A stretch of DNA of 64,000 bases from Patescibacteria group bacterium (GCA_013387205.1 WARV01000008.1:128136-192135); one strand, 5' to 3'; shown: positions 1 to 12,824, numbered from the stretch's first letter. The notes: generated by a model not told the origin, from the letters alone. Numbers and translations: made by a program.

Positions 1-1
1 C

Positions 2-691
2 GCCAGCTTGAACCAAAAATATTTCGAAGAGTTCAAAATATTTGAAATCGGCAGGCAGTATTTAAGCTTTGAAAACGAACCCACGCTTTTAACTGCAGTC
101 ACTTACGGCAAAAACTATGCAATAGAATTGCTGGCAGGCAAGCTCAAGGCATCTGTTTTGGAATATTTCAGGCAACTGGGAATCCAAAATATCGTTTTTC
201 AGCAGACAGATAAGCCTTGGATGGAAATCAAATCCGGCGGACAGACTGTCGGGCTTATTGGAATGGTCCAGGAAGCTATAATTAAAAACTTTGACATAGA
301 TGAAGAAGTAGCTTTCGTTAAATTGGAGCTGGAAAAAATTTACAAGCTTAAAAGCGACGTTCTGTTTAAGCCATACAGCAAGTTCCCGAAAATTTCCAGG
401 GACGTTTCAATCATTATAGAAAAGTCGGTTACATGGGCGCGAATTGAAGAGTTGATAAAGCCCATTTCGCCACTAATTACTTCAATAACCTTATTTGAAG
501 CGCCGTTTTTAGCAACGGAAAAATCCAGCAAAAAATACCACGAAGAACTTTCTAAAAAAGGGCTAAAAAACCTAGGGATTCGCTTAGAATTCCAAAGCTT
601 AGAGCGCACCCTAAAAGAGGAAGAAGTCACTGGAATTTTGGGTCAAATTGTGCTAAAATTACAGCAGGAGATAAAGGCTGAAGTCCGCTAG
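2..691 (+). CDS. pheT: Phenylalanine--tRNA ligase beta subunit, C-terminal part (5' truncated by window)
   Basis: C-terminal FDX-ACB anticodon-binding motifs: SKFPKISRDVSII ... RLEFQSLERTLKEEEV. Confidence 0.9.
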   Translation, partial: ASLNQKYFEEFKIFEIGRQYLSFENEPTLLTAVTYGKNYAIELLAGKLKASVLEYFRQLGIQNIVFQQTDKPWMEIKSGGQTVGLIGMVQEAIIKNFDIDEEVAFVKLELEKIYKLKSDVLFKPYSKFPKISRDVSIIIEKSVTWARIEELIKPISPLITSITLFEAPFLATEKSSKKYHEELSKKGLKNLGIRLEFQSLERTLKEEEVTGILGQIVLKLQQEIKAEVR

Positions 692-807
692 AATATAGCA
701 AAATTTAACCCTTATTAATGCAATATCCTAAGGAGAATCTCTACAGGATATTTTCTTTGAGATTTTACTCTTAAATACTTATTAATTTTAAGATTTTAGA
801 TTAATAA

Positions 808-2880
<2,073 letters not shown>

Positions 2881-2884
2881 TTTG

Positions 2885-2910
2885 ATAGTCACCATCGCGA
2901 TGGTGACTAT
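2885..2910. repeat. Perfect palindrome after gyrB (terminator or REP-like)
   Basis: ATAGTCACCATCGCGATGGTGACTAT is self-complementary. Confidence 0.7.
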
Positions 2911-2936
2911 CTCAATACTTGGATATTAAAATTAAA

Positions 2937-3182
2937 ATGAAAAAAATCAATTTTAATGCTATTGTGCAAGTATGCTTAACTGTTTTTACTGTTCTCGGAT
3001 TCGCATTAACCGCTTTTAAACTTCCACAATACGGGCTTATCGCCGCCATGGTTTCCCAAGCATTTTGGCTTTATAGTTCCTATAAAGCATGGCGCGAAGC
3101 TAACCAGATTGGCATTTTTATCACAACCATCTTCATTGTCATCACGATAATTTGGGGATTGGTTAATTACTGGGTATTATAA
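2937..3182 (+). CDS. Small membrane protein, about 3 TM helices
   Basis: 81 aa hydrophobic ORF from ATG 2937; function unknown. Confidence 0.7.
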   Translation: MKKINFNAIVQVCLTVFTVLGFALTAFKLPQYGLIAAMVSQAFWLYSSYKAWREANQIGIFITTIFIVITIIWGLVNYWVL

Positions 3183-3235
3183 TAGTTGACACAAAAATAA
3201 ATCTAGATTAATATATACGCTAGCTTATAAATAAC

Positions 3236-3366
3236 TTGTCATTGCGAGGAGCGCATCCGATCGAGACAATCTGATCACCGGGCGTCATCCTGAGTGCAGC
3301 CGAAGGATCTCAATAAAAATAAGAGATTCTTCGCCCTCAGATGCATTCGGGCTCAGAATGACGCCG
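3236..3366. repeat. Palindromic repeat family D (TGTCATTGCGAG... plus GTCATCCTGAG...GAAGGATCTC)
   Basis: Related copies at 27489-27606, 33449-33552, 43624-43721 (inside prmC) and 48567-48655; sub-element at 22819-22848 (inside dus). Confidence 0.85.
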
Positions 3367-3398
3367 TTGGCTGACACACTCGCCAAAATGCAATCATA

Positions 3399-3860
3399 AT
3401 GTCCAAAAAATATTTACTGACCCAGGAGGGTCTGGAAAAACTGAACCAAGAATTAAAAACCTTGATTAATGAAAAGCGCAAGGAAGTCATTGAGCGCATC
3501 CGCGAGGCGGCTGCCCATGGTGACTTGTCCGAAAACGCAGATTACGCGCAGGCCAGGGAAGAACAGAGTTTTATAGAAGGCAGGATCATGGAAATTGAAG
3601 ATATCATAAAGAACGCGGAAATCATTTCCACTTCCACGCACCATTCCAGCGTGACCATTGGTTCAACCGTTGCGGTTAAGGCCGGCGGCCAAGACAGAAA
3701 GTATACCATTGTCGGCAGCAACGAAGCCAACCCGAAAGAAGGCAAAATTTCCAATGAATCAGTTGTCGGCAGGTCATTACTCGGCCGTAAAATCGGCGAA
3801 AAGTTCAAAGTCGCAACCCCGGCAGGTGAAATTGATTACGAAATAGTTTCGATTGAATAA
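3399..3860 (+). CDS. greA: Transcription elongation factor GreA
   Basis: GDLSENADY motif; ISNESVVGRSLLG C-terminal motif. Confidence 0.97.
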   Translation: MSKKYLLTQEGLEKLNQELKTLINEKRKEVIERIREAAAHGDLSENADYAQAREEQSFIEGRIMEIEDIIKNAEIISTSTHHSSVTIGSTVAVKAGGQDRKYTIVGSNEANPKEGKISNESVVGRSLLGRKIGEKFKVATPAGEIDYEIVSIE

Positions 3861-3874
3861 GCTTTGATAATACT

Positions 3875-3906
3875 AAACAGCTCATTTGGCTAAATGAGCT
3901 GTTTTT
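3875..3906 (+). terminator. Intrinsic terminator after greA
   Basis: AAACAGCTCATTT-GGCT-AAATGAGCTGTTTTT hairpin with T tract. Confidence 0.8.
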
Positions 3907-3927
3907 GTTATACTTTAAGCATAAAAA

Positions 3928-4018
3928 TAATCCGAATTATCCGAATATTATCCAAATGACCCGAATAGGGAAGAACTCATTTGGGGCATTCGGATGCTGA
4001 TTCGGGGCATTAGGATTA
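3928..4018. repeat. Imperfect inverted-repeat hairpin of degenerate TCCGAAT units upstream of lysS
   Basis: Near-copy at 46944-47030 before tsf; related hairpins at 28807-28928 (map) and 45894-45985 (rpmE). Confidence 0.85.
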
Positions 4019-4023
4019 CATAA

Positions 4024-5490
4024 ATGTCAGAAAGACTAGAAGACATCATCAAACACAGGAAATTAAAACTTGAAAATATAAAGCAGCTTGGTATGGACCC
4101 GTATCCGTCCAGCACTTCCCGCACGCATTCAAATAAAGAAGTAATTGAAGACTTCGACAAGCTCAGCCAACAATCCGAACCAGTGACTTTAGTCGGCCGC
4201 ATCCGCAGCCTAAGAACCATGGGCAAACTGGCTTTTGCGCACATTGAAGACGGCACAGCCAAGATTCAAGTCTTGTTTAAATCCGACAATATAGGCGATG
4301 ACCAGTTTAATTTCTTGCTGGAAAATATTGATATTGGAGATTTTATTGAAGCGACCGGCAGCTTATTCATCACCAAAACCAATGAAAAAACTTTGCAGGC
4401 TAAAAACTATAAACTATTAGCTAAAAGCCTGTTGCCGCTTCCAAGCGAACACTACGGTTTAAACGATGAAGAAACCAGGCTTAGAAAGCGCTACCTGGAT
4501 ATACTGCTTAACCCCGAAGTCAAAGATTTATTCGTAAAATCTGCCAAATTTTGGGGCTCAATGAGGGAATTTTTGGTTAAAAAGGGCTTTTTAGAGCTAG
4601 AAATGCCTGTTTTAGAGCCGATTCCGGGCGGAGCCGAGGCAGAACCGTTTATAACCCATCACAATGCCCTAGACCGCGATTTTTACCTTAGGATAAGCCT
4701 TGAATTACCCTTAAAAAAGATGCTTGTTGCCGGATTTGAAAAGGTTTTTGAAATTGGCCGAATTTTCCGCAATGAAGGAATCGATACCGAACATTTGCAA
4801 GATTACACCCAAATGGAATTTTACTGGGCATACGGCGACTTTGAAAAACTCATGCAATTTTTGCAAGACATGTACCAATATATCATCAAAGAAACTTTCG
4901 GCACGCTGCAAATACAAAGCCGCGGAATGACATGCGACTGGAGCGGACAATGGGAAAGAGTGAGCTATATTGATTTATTCAAAAAGCAAACTGGCATAGA
5001 TTTATCTGACGCTAGTAATGACGACTTACGAAAGTATCTCGATAAGAACCACATTAAATACGATCCTGGTTTCCATCGCGGCAAGTTGATTGATACGATT
5101 TTCAAAACAGTCAGGTCTTCCATTCCTTTGGACAAACCCGTGTTCTTAATTGACCAGCCGGTGGAACTGGAACCTTTGGCAAAAAAAGATCCCAAGAACC
5201 CCAAAATAGTCCAGCGCTTACAGATTATCGCTTATGGAACAGAACTCGGCAAAGGTTTTGGCGAGCTTAACGACCCAGTTGACCAGCGTGCCAGATTTGA
5301 GGAGCAGATGCAGAGAAGGGAAGCAGGGGACAAAGAAGCGCAGATGATTGACAACGATTATTTGGAAGCCATGGAATACGGCATGCCGCCGGCAGCCGGT
5401 TTTGGCGTTTCTCAAAGGCTATTTGCGTTCTTGGCCGACAAGCCTATCCGCGAAACCGTCATCTTCCCGCCAATGAAAAGTGAAAAATAA
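4024..5490 (+). CDS. lysS: Lysine--tRNA ligase (class II)
   Basis: OB-fold anticodon domain, GGAEAEPF, YLRISLEL, FRNEGID, EYGMPP. Confidence 0.97.
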   Translation: MSERLEDIIKHRKLKLENIKQLGMDPYPSSTSRTHSNKEVIEDFDKLSQQSEPVTLVGRIRSLRTMGKLAFAHIEDGTAKIQVLFKSDNIGDDQFNFLLENIDIGDFIEATGSLFITKTNEKTLQAKNYKLLAKSLLPLPSEHYGLNDEETRLRKRYLDILLNPEVKDLFVKSAKFWGSMREFLVKKGFLELEMPVLEPIPGGAEAEPFITHHNALDRDFYLRISLELPLKKMLVAGFEKVFEIGRIFRNEGIDTEHLQDYTQMEFYWAYGDFEKLMQFLQDMYQYIIKETFGTLQIQSRGMTCDWSGQWERVSYIDLFKKQTGIDLSDASNDDLRKYLDKNHIKYDPGFHRGKLIDTIFKTVRSSIPLDKPVFLIDQPVELEPLAKKDPKNPKIVQRLQIIAYGTELGKGFGELNDPVDQRARFEEQMQRREAGDKEAQMIDNDYLEAMEYGMPPAAGFGVSQRLFAFLADKPIRETVIFPPMKSEK

Positions 5491-5548
5491 ATACCAAAAA
5501 CTTATAGGTCCAATATGACTTATAAGTCCTATCAGTCCTATTTGACTT

Positions 5549-6136
5549 ATGAAATTACTCCTCGGCACTAGCAATGAAGGCAAAATCAGGCATTATAAAA
5601 AATTCCTATCAAATGCAAATCTGGAATTGGTTACGTTAAAAGATGTTGGCATAACAGATGAGCCGGAAGAAACAGGAATGACGCTTGAGGAAAATGCAAC
5701 ACTTAAAGCAAAATTCTATTATGAAAAATCAGGATTACCAACTCTTGCCGACGATGCTGGTTTTGAAATCCCGGCTTTAAATAACTTTCCCGGTGTGCAA
5801 TCTAGAAGAATAGATGGAATTACCAGAACCGATAAAGAAATTTTGGATATAATAATTGACCGGATGAAGGATTTAAAAAGCCAAGACAGGGCAGCGAGAA
5901 TGAAAGTCGCTCTGGCACTAGCTTTAGATAAAGATGATATTAAAATTGCGACAGGTGAAATTACCGGAATAGTCCCCGAAAAACCTTACGAAAAACTGGA
6001 AGACTATTTTCCCTACCGCTCGCTCCTGTTTATTCCGCAGTTAAACAAGTGGTTTTACGACTTAACCGAAGACGAAGAAAATATGCTTGGATATAGGAAG
6101 GCGGCTGCAGAAAAAATCAAACAATATTTATTATAA
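5549..6136 (+). CDS. Non-canonical purine NTP pyrophosphatase (Ham1/RdgB family)
   Basis: GTSNEGK, EETGMTLEENA.LKA, LADDAG, PGVQSRR; the usual SHR motif reads GYR. Confidence 0.88.
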   Translation: MKLLLGTSNEGKIRHYKKFLSNANLELVTLKDVGITDEPEETGMTLEENATLKAKFYYEKSGLPTLADDAGFEIPALNNFPGVQSRRIDGITRTDKEILDIIIDRMKDLKSQDRAARMKVALALALDKDDIKIATGEITGIVPEKPYEKLEDYFPYRSLLFIPQLNKWFYDLTEDEENMLGYRKAAAEKIKQYLL

Positions 6137-6140
6137 GTTT

Positions 6141-6572
6141 ATGGATAAACAAACCCCCGTGGTCCTGGCGGTGATCCGAAATACTAAAAACCAAGTTTTG
6201 ATAGCAAAACGTAAGGACGAAGATACAATAGGTGCACATGATATGTGGGAATTAGTCGGCGGAAAAATAGAGTTTGGCGAGACGCCGGAACAAGCATTAA
6301 TCAGGGAAGTTAAAGAAGAAACCGGACTTGATGTAAAAATTACCAGGTTGATACCAATTGTAAAATCCCAAGTATGGGAAAAGAAAAACGGGGACAAAAC
6401 ACAAGTCATTCTTATTTCTTACGAATGTTTGGCAGAAGATGCCTCCCAACTCAAACAGAATTTAATTGACGAGGTCCAGGAAGCAAAATTTATTAACATC
6501 AGCGAACTCGATGACTACAATTTTCTCCCGCTCGATAAAGAATTGATATTAAGTTTAAATCTTAAATCGTAA
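6141..6572 (+). CDS. NUDIX hydrolase
   Basis: Nudix box GGKIEFGETPEQALIREVKEETG. Confidence 0.93.
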   Translation: MDKQTPVVLAVIRNTKNQVLIAKRKDEDTIGAHDMWELVGGKIEFGETPEQALIREVKEETGLDVKITRLIPIVKSQVWEKKNGDKTQVILISYECLAEDASQLKQNLIDEVQEAKFINISELDDYNFLPLDKELILSLNLKS

Positions 6573-6589
6573 ATCTAAAATCTACAAAT

Positions 6590-7936
6590 ATGCTCGACAT
6601 TAAATTCATCCGCGACAATCAGGAAGCGGTAAAAAAAGCCATCACTGATAAAAATATTGATCTGGATTTGGACCATTTGCTCGACGTTGACCAGCGTCGC
6701 AGGAGCCTTTTGACCGAACTGGAATCTCTGCAAGCAACAAAAAACCAGGTTTCAAAAGAAATCCCAAAACTTTCTCCTGAAGACAAGAAGGTCAAGCTTT
6801 TGGAAATGAAGGAAGTCGACGCCAAATCGGATGAATTAAAAACCCAACTCAAGGAAGTCTTGAAAGAATACGAAGACTTAATGGCAATTACCCCGAACAT
6901 CCCAAGCCCGGAAACTCCGATTGGAAAAAATGACGAAGGAAACGTGCCGTGGAGCTACTGGAGCCCTCAACTCGGGCAGGTTGACCCTAAAGACACGGAC
7001 AAAATCGCGCAAATCCCGACCAAGTTTGATTTTGAACCCAAAGACCACATTACTTTAGGCAAAGAACTGGATCTTATAGATACTGAAGCTGGCGTAAAAA
7101 CTTCCGGTTTTAGGGGGTATTACTTAAAGAACGAGGCCGTACTTTTGCACTACGCGCTTATTTGGCACGCTATTAAAAAAATGCAGGAGAAAAGTTTTAA
7201 TCTTTTCACCACTCCTGTTTTAGTCCGCGACTTTGCCCTTTTTGGCAGCGGCCATTTTCCGTTCGGAAAAGATGAGATTTACCAAATCGGAAATCCCGGC
7301 AAGCTTAGTGACAATGATACCAGGGAAAACCAATACTTGGCAGGAACTTCCGAGCCAAGCCTTTTAGCTTACCATGCGGATAAAATTTTGGATGAAAAAG
7401 ATTTGCCGATAAAAATGTGCGGGATAAGCCCATGCTTCAGGAGTGAAGTGGGCAGTTATGGCAAAGACACCAAAGGCATTTATCGCATACATGAATTCAT
7501 GAAAGTCGAGCAGGTGGTTATTTGCAAAGCTGACATTTTGGAAAGCGACAAGTGGCTGGAATCGATGAGAGAAATCGCGCAGGAAATGCTCATGGACTTA
7601 AAATTGCCGCATAGGGTTTTGAACATCTGCACTGGTGATATGGGCGCCGGGAAATATAAAATGTATGACATTGAAACCTGGATGCCAGCCAGGAAAAATT
7701 ATGGCGAAACCCACAGTGATTCCAATTTGACCGACTGGCAGGCCAGAAGGCTGAACATCCGCTACCGCGACCATGAAGGAAAAACCAAATACGCGTACAC
7801 CTTGAATAATACTGTTATAGCCAGCCCACGCATTTTAATCGCTATTTTAGAAAATTACCAGCAAAAAGACGGGAGCATAGTAATTCCGGAAGTTCTAAGG
7901 CCGCTGGTAGGCAAGGATGTGATAAAGAAACAATAA
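6590..7936 (+). CDS. serS: Serine--tRNA ligase
   Basis: MLDIKFIR start, coiled-coil arm, GTSE, CFRSEVG, RIHEFMKVE, YDIETWMP, TLNNT. Confidence 0.97.
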   Translation: MLDIKFIRDNQEAVKKAITDKNIDLDLDHLLDVDQRRRSLLTELESLQATKNQVSKEIPKLSPEDKKVKLLEMKEVDAKSDELKTQLKEVLKEYEDLMAITPNIPSPETPIGKNDEGNVPWSYWSPQLGQVDPKDTDKIAQIPTKFDFEPKDHITLGKELDLIDTEAGVKTSGFRGYYLKNEAVLLHYALIWHAIKKMQEKSFNLFTTPVLVRDFALFGSGHFPFGKDEIYQIGNPGKLSDNDTRENQYLAGTSEPSLLAYHADKILDEKDLPIKMCGISPCFRSEVGSYGKDTKGIYRIHEFMKVEQVVICKADILESDKWLESMREIAQEMLMDLKLPHRVLNICTGDMGAGKYKMYDIETWMPARKNYGETHSDSNLTDWQARRLNIRYRDHEGKTKYAYTLNNTVIASPRILIAILENYQQKDGSIVIPEVLRPLVGKDVIKKQ

Positions 7937-8057
7937 TATGATACTAATAATGCCAATATTATCCTAAGAACAATCTTTCAAGAGGATTAGTATTATTTGT
8001 ACCATTCGTATGCTTTCGTATATTGGTATCACAATAAAGTAATTTGTCTAGATTTAC

Positions 8058-9005
8058 ATGTTACCTCAAAATAAAAAGTCCCGCTTCCAAAACCAAACTT
8101 TCAAAAAACAGCTGGAAAACGCCAGGGGGTATAAACGAAACGCCAGGAAAATTCCGGAAAAGAAATTTGACGCTATACTGGACAAGTTTGGCTTAAGCTC
8201 TATTTGGACGAAATCTGCGCTTGTTATAATAATTTTAGCTTTGGGATATATAATTTATATCCCGAATTTTTTAAAAATCAAGCAAATTGAAATAACTGGT
8301 ATTAGAAGCGACAACAAGGGAACAATTGAAAATACCACCCGTGATTTTTTAAAAAGCAAGCCGTATTGGCCACAAACGAACTTGTTGCTGTTGTCTAAAC
8401 AAGGCCTTAGCAAATATATCCTGAAAAAGAATACTGAGGTGCTTAAAGTAGAAAGTATCAACAAAAAGTTTCCGAATTCACTCGAAATCCAGATATCTTC
8501 AAGAATGCCGAGATTTGTCCTGCAATCTCCAGATGGAAGTTTTATTATATTCAACGACGGAAAGCTTTACAAAAAACTTGATGCGTCCGCAACGCCGGAA
8601 TCAAATTTAATTTTAATCAAGATAGCCGGAGGTATTGAACCTGGCACAGGCACTTTTACCATGCCGCAAGAAACCATCTCCTCAATTAATTTAATCCAGA
8701 AAGATTTGCCGGATATCACAAAGTTGGCTATTGAATATTATAAAGTAGAATCGATTAAGGATCCGGATTTGATAGTGCAACTGAAAAGCGGTTATAAGAT
8801 TAAATTCGACACCAAGCTGGATACCGCCGATGTATTAAAAAAAACAAGGCTGCTTTTATCGGAAATCCCTGACACTGACCAGGCAAAACTCGAATATTTG
8901 GACATGAGAATTAACGACAGGGGATACGTTTGTATTAAAAATGCCCCATGCGCGAAAGAAACCGTAATAAACAATGCTTCTACAACAATTGAAAGTATTA
9001 AATAG
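8058..9005 (+). CDS. FtsQ/DivIB-like protein (POTRA domain)
   Basis: Basic N-terminus, one TM helix, LKIKQIEITG, KKFPNSLEI, C-terminal LEYLDMRI. Confidence 0.75.
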   Translation: MLPQNKKSRFQNQTFKKQLENARGYKRNARKIPEKKFDAILDKFGLSSIWTKSALVIIILALGYIIYIPNFLKIKQIEITGIRSDNKGTIENTTRDFLKSKPYWPQTNLLLLSKQGLSKYILKKNTEVLKVESINKKFPNSLEIQISSRMPRFVLQSPDGSFIIFNDGKLYKKLDASATPESNLILIKIAGGIEPGTGTFTMPQETISSINLIQKDLPDITKLAIEYYKVESIKDPDLIVQLKSGYKIKFDTKLDTADVLKKTRLLLSEIPDTDQAKLEYLDMRINDRGYVCIKNAPCAKETVINNASTTIESIK

Positions 9006-9140
9006 ATTCACTAATATAATTAACCAATCTACGAATCCATACTAATAATAACTAATGACAACTAATTCATACTAAGATAGCATTGGTTGTCATTAGTAAT
9101 ATTCGTTACATTAGTTGATTGGTTAATATTATTCGTTATT

Positions 9141-9821
9141 ATGACTAAAACTTTTATCATTTCTTTAGGCGGCTCGTTAATTAATCCGGGAGAAGTAAAT
9201 ACCGGATTTCTAAAACAATTTAAAAAGCTTGTCGCTGACCGGGTAAAAAAAGGCGATAGGTTTATTATAATTTCAGGCGGCGGCAAGCTGTGCCGCGACT
9301 ATAATGACGCTTTGTCTAAAATCACCAAACCATCTACAGATGACTTAGACTGGATGGGAATCAACATTACCTGGACTAACGCGAAACTTATCCAGTTAAT
9401 GTTCGGCAAACTAGCCAATAAAGAGATTACAAAAAATCCGGAAGTAAAATTCGATTTCAAAGAAAAAATCCTGGTTGGCGGTGGCTGGAAGCCCGGAAGA
9501 AGTTCCGACGGCGCTGCGGTTAAATATGCGACTACGTACGGCGCAGGCACAGTCATTAATTTAAGCAATATAGATTACGCTTATACTAAAGATCCAAAAA
9601 AATATCATGATGCCCAGCCGATTAAAAAAACTACCTGGAAAGAATTCAGGAAGATTGTAGGAAATAAGTGGACACCTGGAATAAATACGCCATTCGACCC
9701 AACTGCTGCAAAATACGCGCAAGAAAATAATCTTAAAGTAATAATCGCCAACGGCAATAATTTAAAAAACCTTGATAGAATTTTAAGCAACAAAGAATTT
9801 ATCGGTACTGAAATCATCTAG
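9141..9821 (+). CDS. pyrH: UMP kinase, archaeal-type subfamily
   Basis: IISLGGSL, GGGKLCRDY, LDWMGI, GGWKPGRSSD, YTKDPKK, PFDPTA. Confidence 0.92.
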   Translation: MTKTFIISLGGSLINPGEVNTGFLKQFKKLVADRVKKGDRFIIISGGGKLCRDYNDALSKITKPSTDDLDWMGINITWTNAKLIQLMFGKLANKEITKNPEVKFDFKEKILVGGGWKPGRSSDGAAVKYATTYGAGTVINLSNIDYAYTKDPKKYHDAQPIKKTTWKEFRKIVGNKWTPGINTPFDPTAAKYAQENNLKVIIANGNNLKNLDRILSNKEFIGTEII

Positions 9822-9840
9822 TTATGTAAATAATACTTGC

Positions 9841-10042
9841 AAAGGGCATCCTTGATCTGATCAAGGATGCCCTTTTTTGATACCCCACGAATACCTCAAC
9901 CGATGGTTGAGCCATTCAATTCCGCATACCCCGTATATCAACATTCGATTCTGTTATTTTACCCAGCTTTGATAACAACCAAGTCTTGTTGTAATATCAG
10001 CATATTGATATTGCTAACCATATCGAATGTTGTATTACGGGG
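9841..10042. repeat. Composite repeat: palindrome B (9841-9876), palindrome A (9889-9917), MITE-like element E (9929-10042)
   Basis: AAAGGGCATCCTTGATCTGATCAAGGATGCCCTTT; CTCAACC-N3-GGTTGAG; CCCCGTA...TACGGGG element with a second copy at 48989-49101. Confidence 0.85.
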
Positions 10043-10076
10043 CTTAAATAAGCCAATTATATTTTCTACAAAAAAC

Positions 10077-11651
10077 CTAATTCACCTTATACTCCGTAAC
10101 CACAATCCAGGTGCCGACCCAGGGGCGGACATCTTCGTAACCTTTCTCATCAACCTGCACCCAATTTTTCGGCGTCTCTGGCTTATTGGATCCAAATCCA
10201 TTGGTCCACAAAAGCCAAACGGTGTCGCCGGGCTTGGTGGAGGCTTTAAAATCCGGCACCAAATCTTCATTAGTTAAAATCGCCGAACCGGCTATATGGG
10301 AAATATTCTTCACATCTGCCACACCGCCCGTGAAAAGCTGAGGCCTGACAGGAGTCTTGTTATAATATTTATAATTGAAAAATTCAAAAGAAGTCCCGAC
10401 GTATAATTTTTGCCCCGGCTCGACATTGGCCTGCAGATATTTTGCCGCACCAGCCATGCCAGGCCGAGTTTGTATTTTAAGCTGGCTCCAATAATAAGAA
10501 AAGGTGAACAGATTAAGTACGATATAAATTATAAACAAGCCGGCAGCAAATAACTTATTCTTTAATTGCGACATCCATACTGCTAAGGCAATTGAATAGT
10601 ATATGCTGGCAAACAGAAAATATCTATCCATGTAGACCGATGACGAGCTGCCTTTTAATTTGGCCAATAAGGCAAATAAAACCGCTCCGCCAAATGGGGC
10701 AATTATTGCCAAAACCACAAGCCATTTGTGGAAGAAATCGGTTTTTCTGACGAATTTATATATAAAGTAAATTGAAAACAGGAAAATTACTGCAAGCCAA
10801 AATTGCGTGGATGTTTTGGCTGTATCGCGGCCAAGGCCTAAAAGCATATCCCACAAAGTCGCGGGAATGCTCCAGCGGTTGATTGGCGGAATCCAGTACC
10901 CGGCTCCCACTTGGCGGTATTGGAACAAAAAAGTCTTAAGCCAAGGAAGGAAAGACAATCCAATAACCAGGTAAGATGCGATTATGTAAATATATTTTCT
11001 AAAATCCCACTTGTGATGGGAAAACAAGTAAACTAATCCATAAAAACCTAACGCTGCCGCGGTAAAGAACAAATAATAATGCGTGTAAATTATTACTATC
11101 ATGGACAAAGTGAATCCAAAATAGTTTAAAAGCATATTGCGCTTTAAATTGATATCCTGAGGCAGGTTGGGTATTTTTAAAGCCCGGGTCTCATGCAGCT
11201 GCTTTTGCTGGTTCAAAGCTTTAACTAAGAAATACCCGGCAAGCAAGGCAAAAAACGCGCCCATGGTATACATTCTTGCTTCGGTTACATATTTTAGCTG
11301 GAACGGATTAAGGGCGATAAAAACCGCGGCCCAAATCGCAGCTCTCTCGTTTTTAAATGCTTCTTTGACAAATGCATAGCCGGCCCAAATAGAAGCTACG
11401 CCAAAAAATATAGACATGCCGCGCAGGGACAGCAGGGAATCGCCGAAAATATAATGCCAGAACCTCAAAAATACGTAATACATCGGCGGGTGGACATCCA
11501 GCCCAATGCGGTACACCATCTCGCTCCAGCTGTACCTGATAAGCAATGCCGAAAACGCCTCGTCATGCCAGAGGGAAATTAAAGTATTGTTGTAAAACCT
11601 CAAAACCGTCCCTAAAATTAGGATCAAAATTAAAGGAAGGTGTTTTTTCAT
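10077..11651 (-). CDS. GT-C membrane glycosyltransferase (family 39/PMT-like)
   Basis: SLWHDEA, DVHPPMYY, EARMY, many TM helices. Confidence 0.88.
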   Translation of the reverse strand: MKKHLPLILILILGTVLRFYNNTLISLWHDEAFSALLIRYSWSEMVYRIGLDVHPPMYYVFLRFWHYIFGDSLLSLRGMSIFFGVASIWAGYAFVKEAFKNERAAIWAAVFIALNPFQLKYVTEARMYTMGAFFALLAGYFLVKALNQQKQLHETRALKIPNLPQDINLKRNMLLNYFGFTLSMIVIIYTHYYLFFTAAALGFYGLVYLFSHHKWDFRKYIYIIASYLVIGLSFLPWLKTFLFQYRQVGAGYWIPPINRWSIPATLWDMLLGLGRDTAKTSTQFWLAVIFLFSIYFIYKFVRKTDFFHKWLVVLAIIAPFGGAVLFALLAKLKGSSSSVYMDRYFLFASIYYSIALAVWMSQLKNKLFAAGLFIIYIVLNLFTFSYYWSQLKIQTRPGMAGAAKYLQANVEPGQKLYVGTSFEFFNYKYYNKTPVRPQLFTGGVADVKNISHIAGSAILTNEDLVPDFKASTKPGDTVWLLWTNGFGSNKPETPKNWVQVDEKGYEDVRPWVGTWIVVTEYKVN

Positions 11652-11720
11652 ACGACACAGATCTTATCGCGGATCTGCTGCGCGGGTATTAATGCTGCTA
11701 AATTTGAGTTAATTGAAAAA

Positions 11721-12824
11721 CTACTTAATAAATACAAGGCTTCCTATTGGGACATAATCACCACTTAATGTAAAATCAAGATTGTTATGTTTGGTTACGG
11801 CAACAGACGATTCTTTTGCAGACGTTTTATCTTTAAAACGCAAAATTGTCCAAACTGCTCCGCTAGTCGCGACCTGTTGTTCTTCGACAATTTTTAAATT
11901 AGTATCTTGTCTAACATCTTTAAGTGCGTCAATACCATTATCTTTACCTACTTCAAGAGAGTAGTTCGCATTTGTCGGACCGTCATTATTTACACCGAAA
12001 TCTAAACGTAAAACCCCAGGGCATTGTTCGCTGTTGTTGCAAATTTGGATAGGATCACAATAATCCAAATTACCACACTCGTTAACTGAATATTTAAACT
12101 CAAAACCATACTCCTCATTTCTATAAGTTTTCCATGTGCTTGTGTCGACTTGCGGTTGGGTAAATTTGAAGGTGGAAAGGATTTCTTTATAAACTTGTTG
12201 CTGCTCGTCAAATATTTTTTGGCCGCAATCAGCTTCACATGCTGGTGATATAATCATGTCGTACACTGAATTATTATTTTCAAATAAAATTCCATTATAC
12301 CCACCCACGTCGCTAAATATATATTCAAGAGCTGGCAGACCTGCAAGCTGAGAATCTGAAATTGTATCAGCACCTTCTATATTTTGGTTTGCCCATTGTC
12401 TTAATGATAAGCGTTGGGGATTTGGGCGCACTTCAATAATAATATCATAGCCGTCCATTGCTACATTAACTCCAGGCTGAGCATTATCCGGTAACAAGCC
12501 GCCAGAACGTAAAAGCTCGAGTTTAGTGTTCTCTAAAATTACAACCATCGAACTCTCTTTATTAAAGTAATGAAATTTTAAATCCTTGGGTTCCTTTAAA
12601 TATAAGTACTTTGGGTAATGAAATTCAAATCCATACTCGTCATTTTTATAAGTCTTCCAATCCTTTAAATCCTCTTTGGCAGTTGTGGTAGAGGATTGGG
12701 TTTTGGTTTTATGATGGATGGAAATCGGACTGTAATCGGCAAAAGGCAAATTGGCATAGTAAATTATGCCGGCGGCAATTGCCGCCACTACAATTATCAA
12801 TATTATCCAATATTTGTGCTTCAT
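11721..12824 (-). CDS. Membrane-anchored protein with two PsbP-like WKTY.N.EYGFEF.Y repeats
   Basis: N-terminal TM helix; DWKTYKNDEYGFEFHYP and TWKTYRNEEYGFEFKYS. Confidence 0.75.
   Translation of the reverse strand: MKHKYWIILIIVVAAIAAGIIYYANLPFADYSPISIHHKTKTQSSTTTAKEDLKDWKTYKNDEYGFEFHYPKYLYLKEPKDLKFHYFNKESSMVVILENTKLELLRSGGLLPDNAQPGVNVAMDGYDIIIEVRPNPQRLSLRQWANQNIEGADTISDSQLAGLPALEYIFSDVGGYNGILFENNNSVYDMIISPACEADCGQKIFDEQQQVYKEILSTFKFTQPQVDTSTWKTYRNEEYGFEFKYSVNECGNLDYCDPIQICNNSEQCPGVLRLDFGVNNDGPTNANYSLEVGKDNGIDALKDVRQDTNLKIVEEQQVATSGAVWTILRFKDKTSAKESSVAVTKHNNLDFTLSGDYVPIGSLVFIK

Noticed and set aside
3928-4018. Periodic intergenic repeats read as CRISPR arrays
   Set aside because: Units are 7-10 nt and degenerate, with no constant repeat and unique spacer pattern and no cas genes in the window.
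9867-10277. ORFs or N-terminal extensions running through repeat DNA (9867, 9087, 27372, 27562, 28863, 40770, 50138)
   Set aside because: They translate palindromic repeats; better starts lie downstream or the ORF is spurious.
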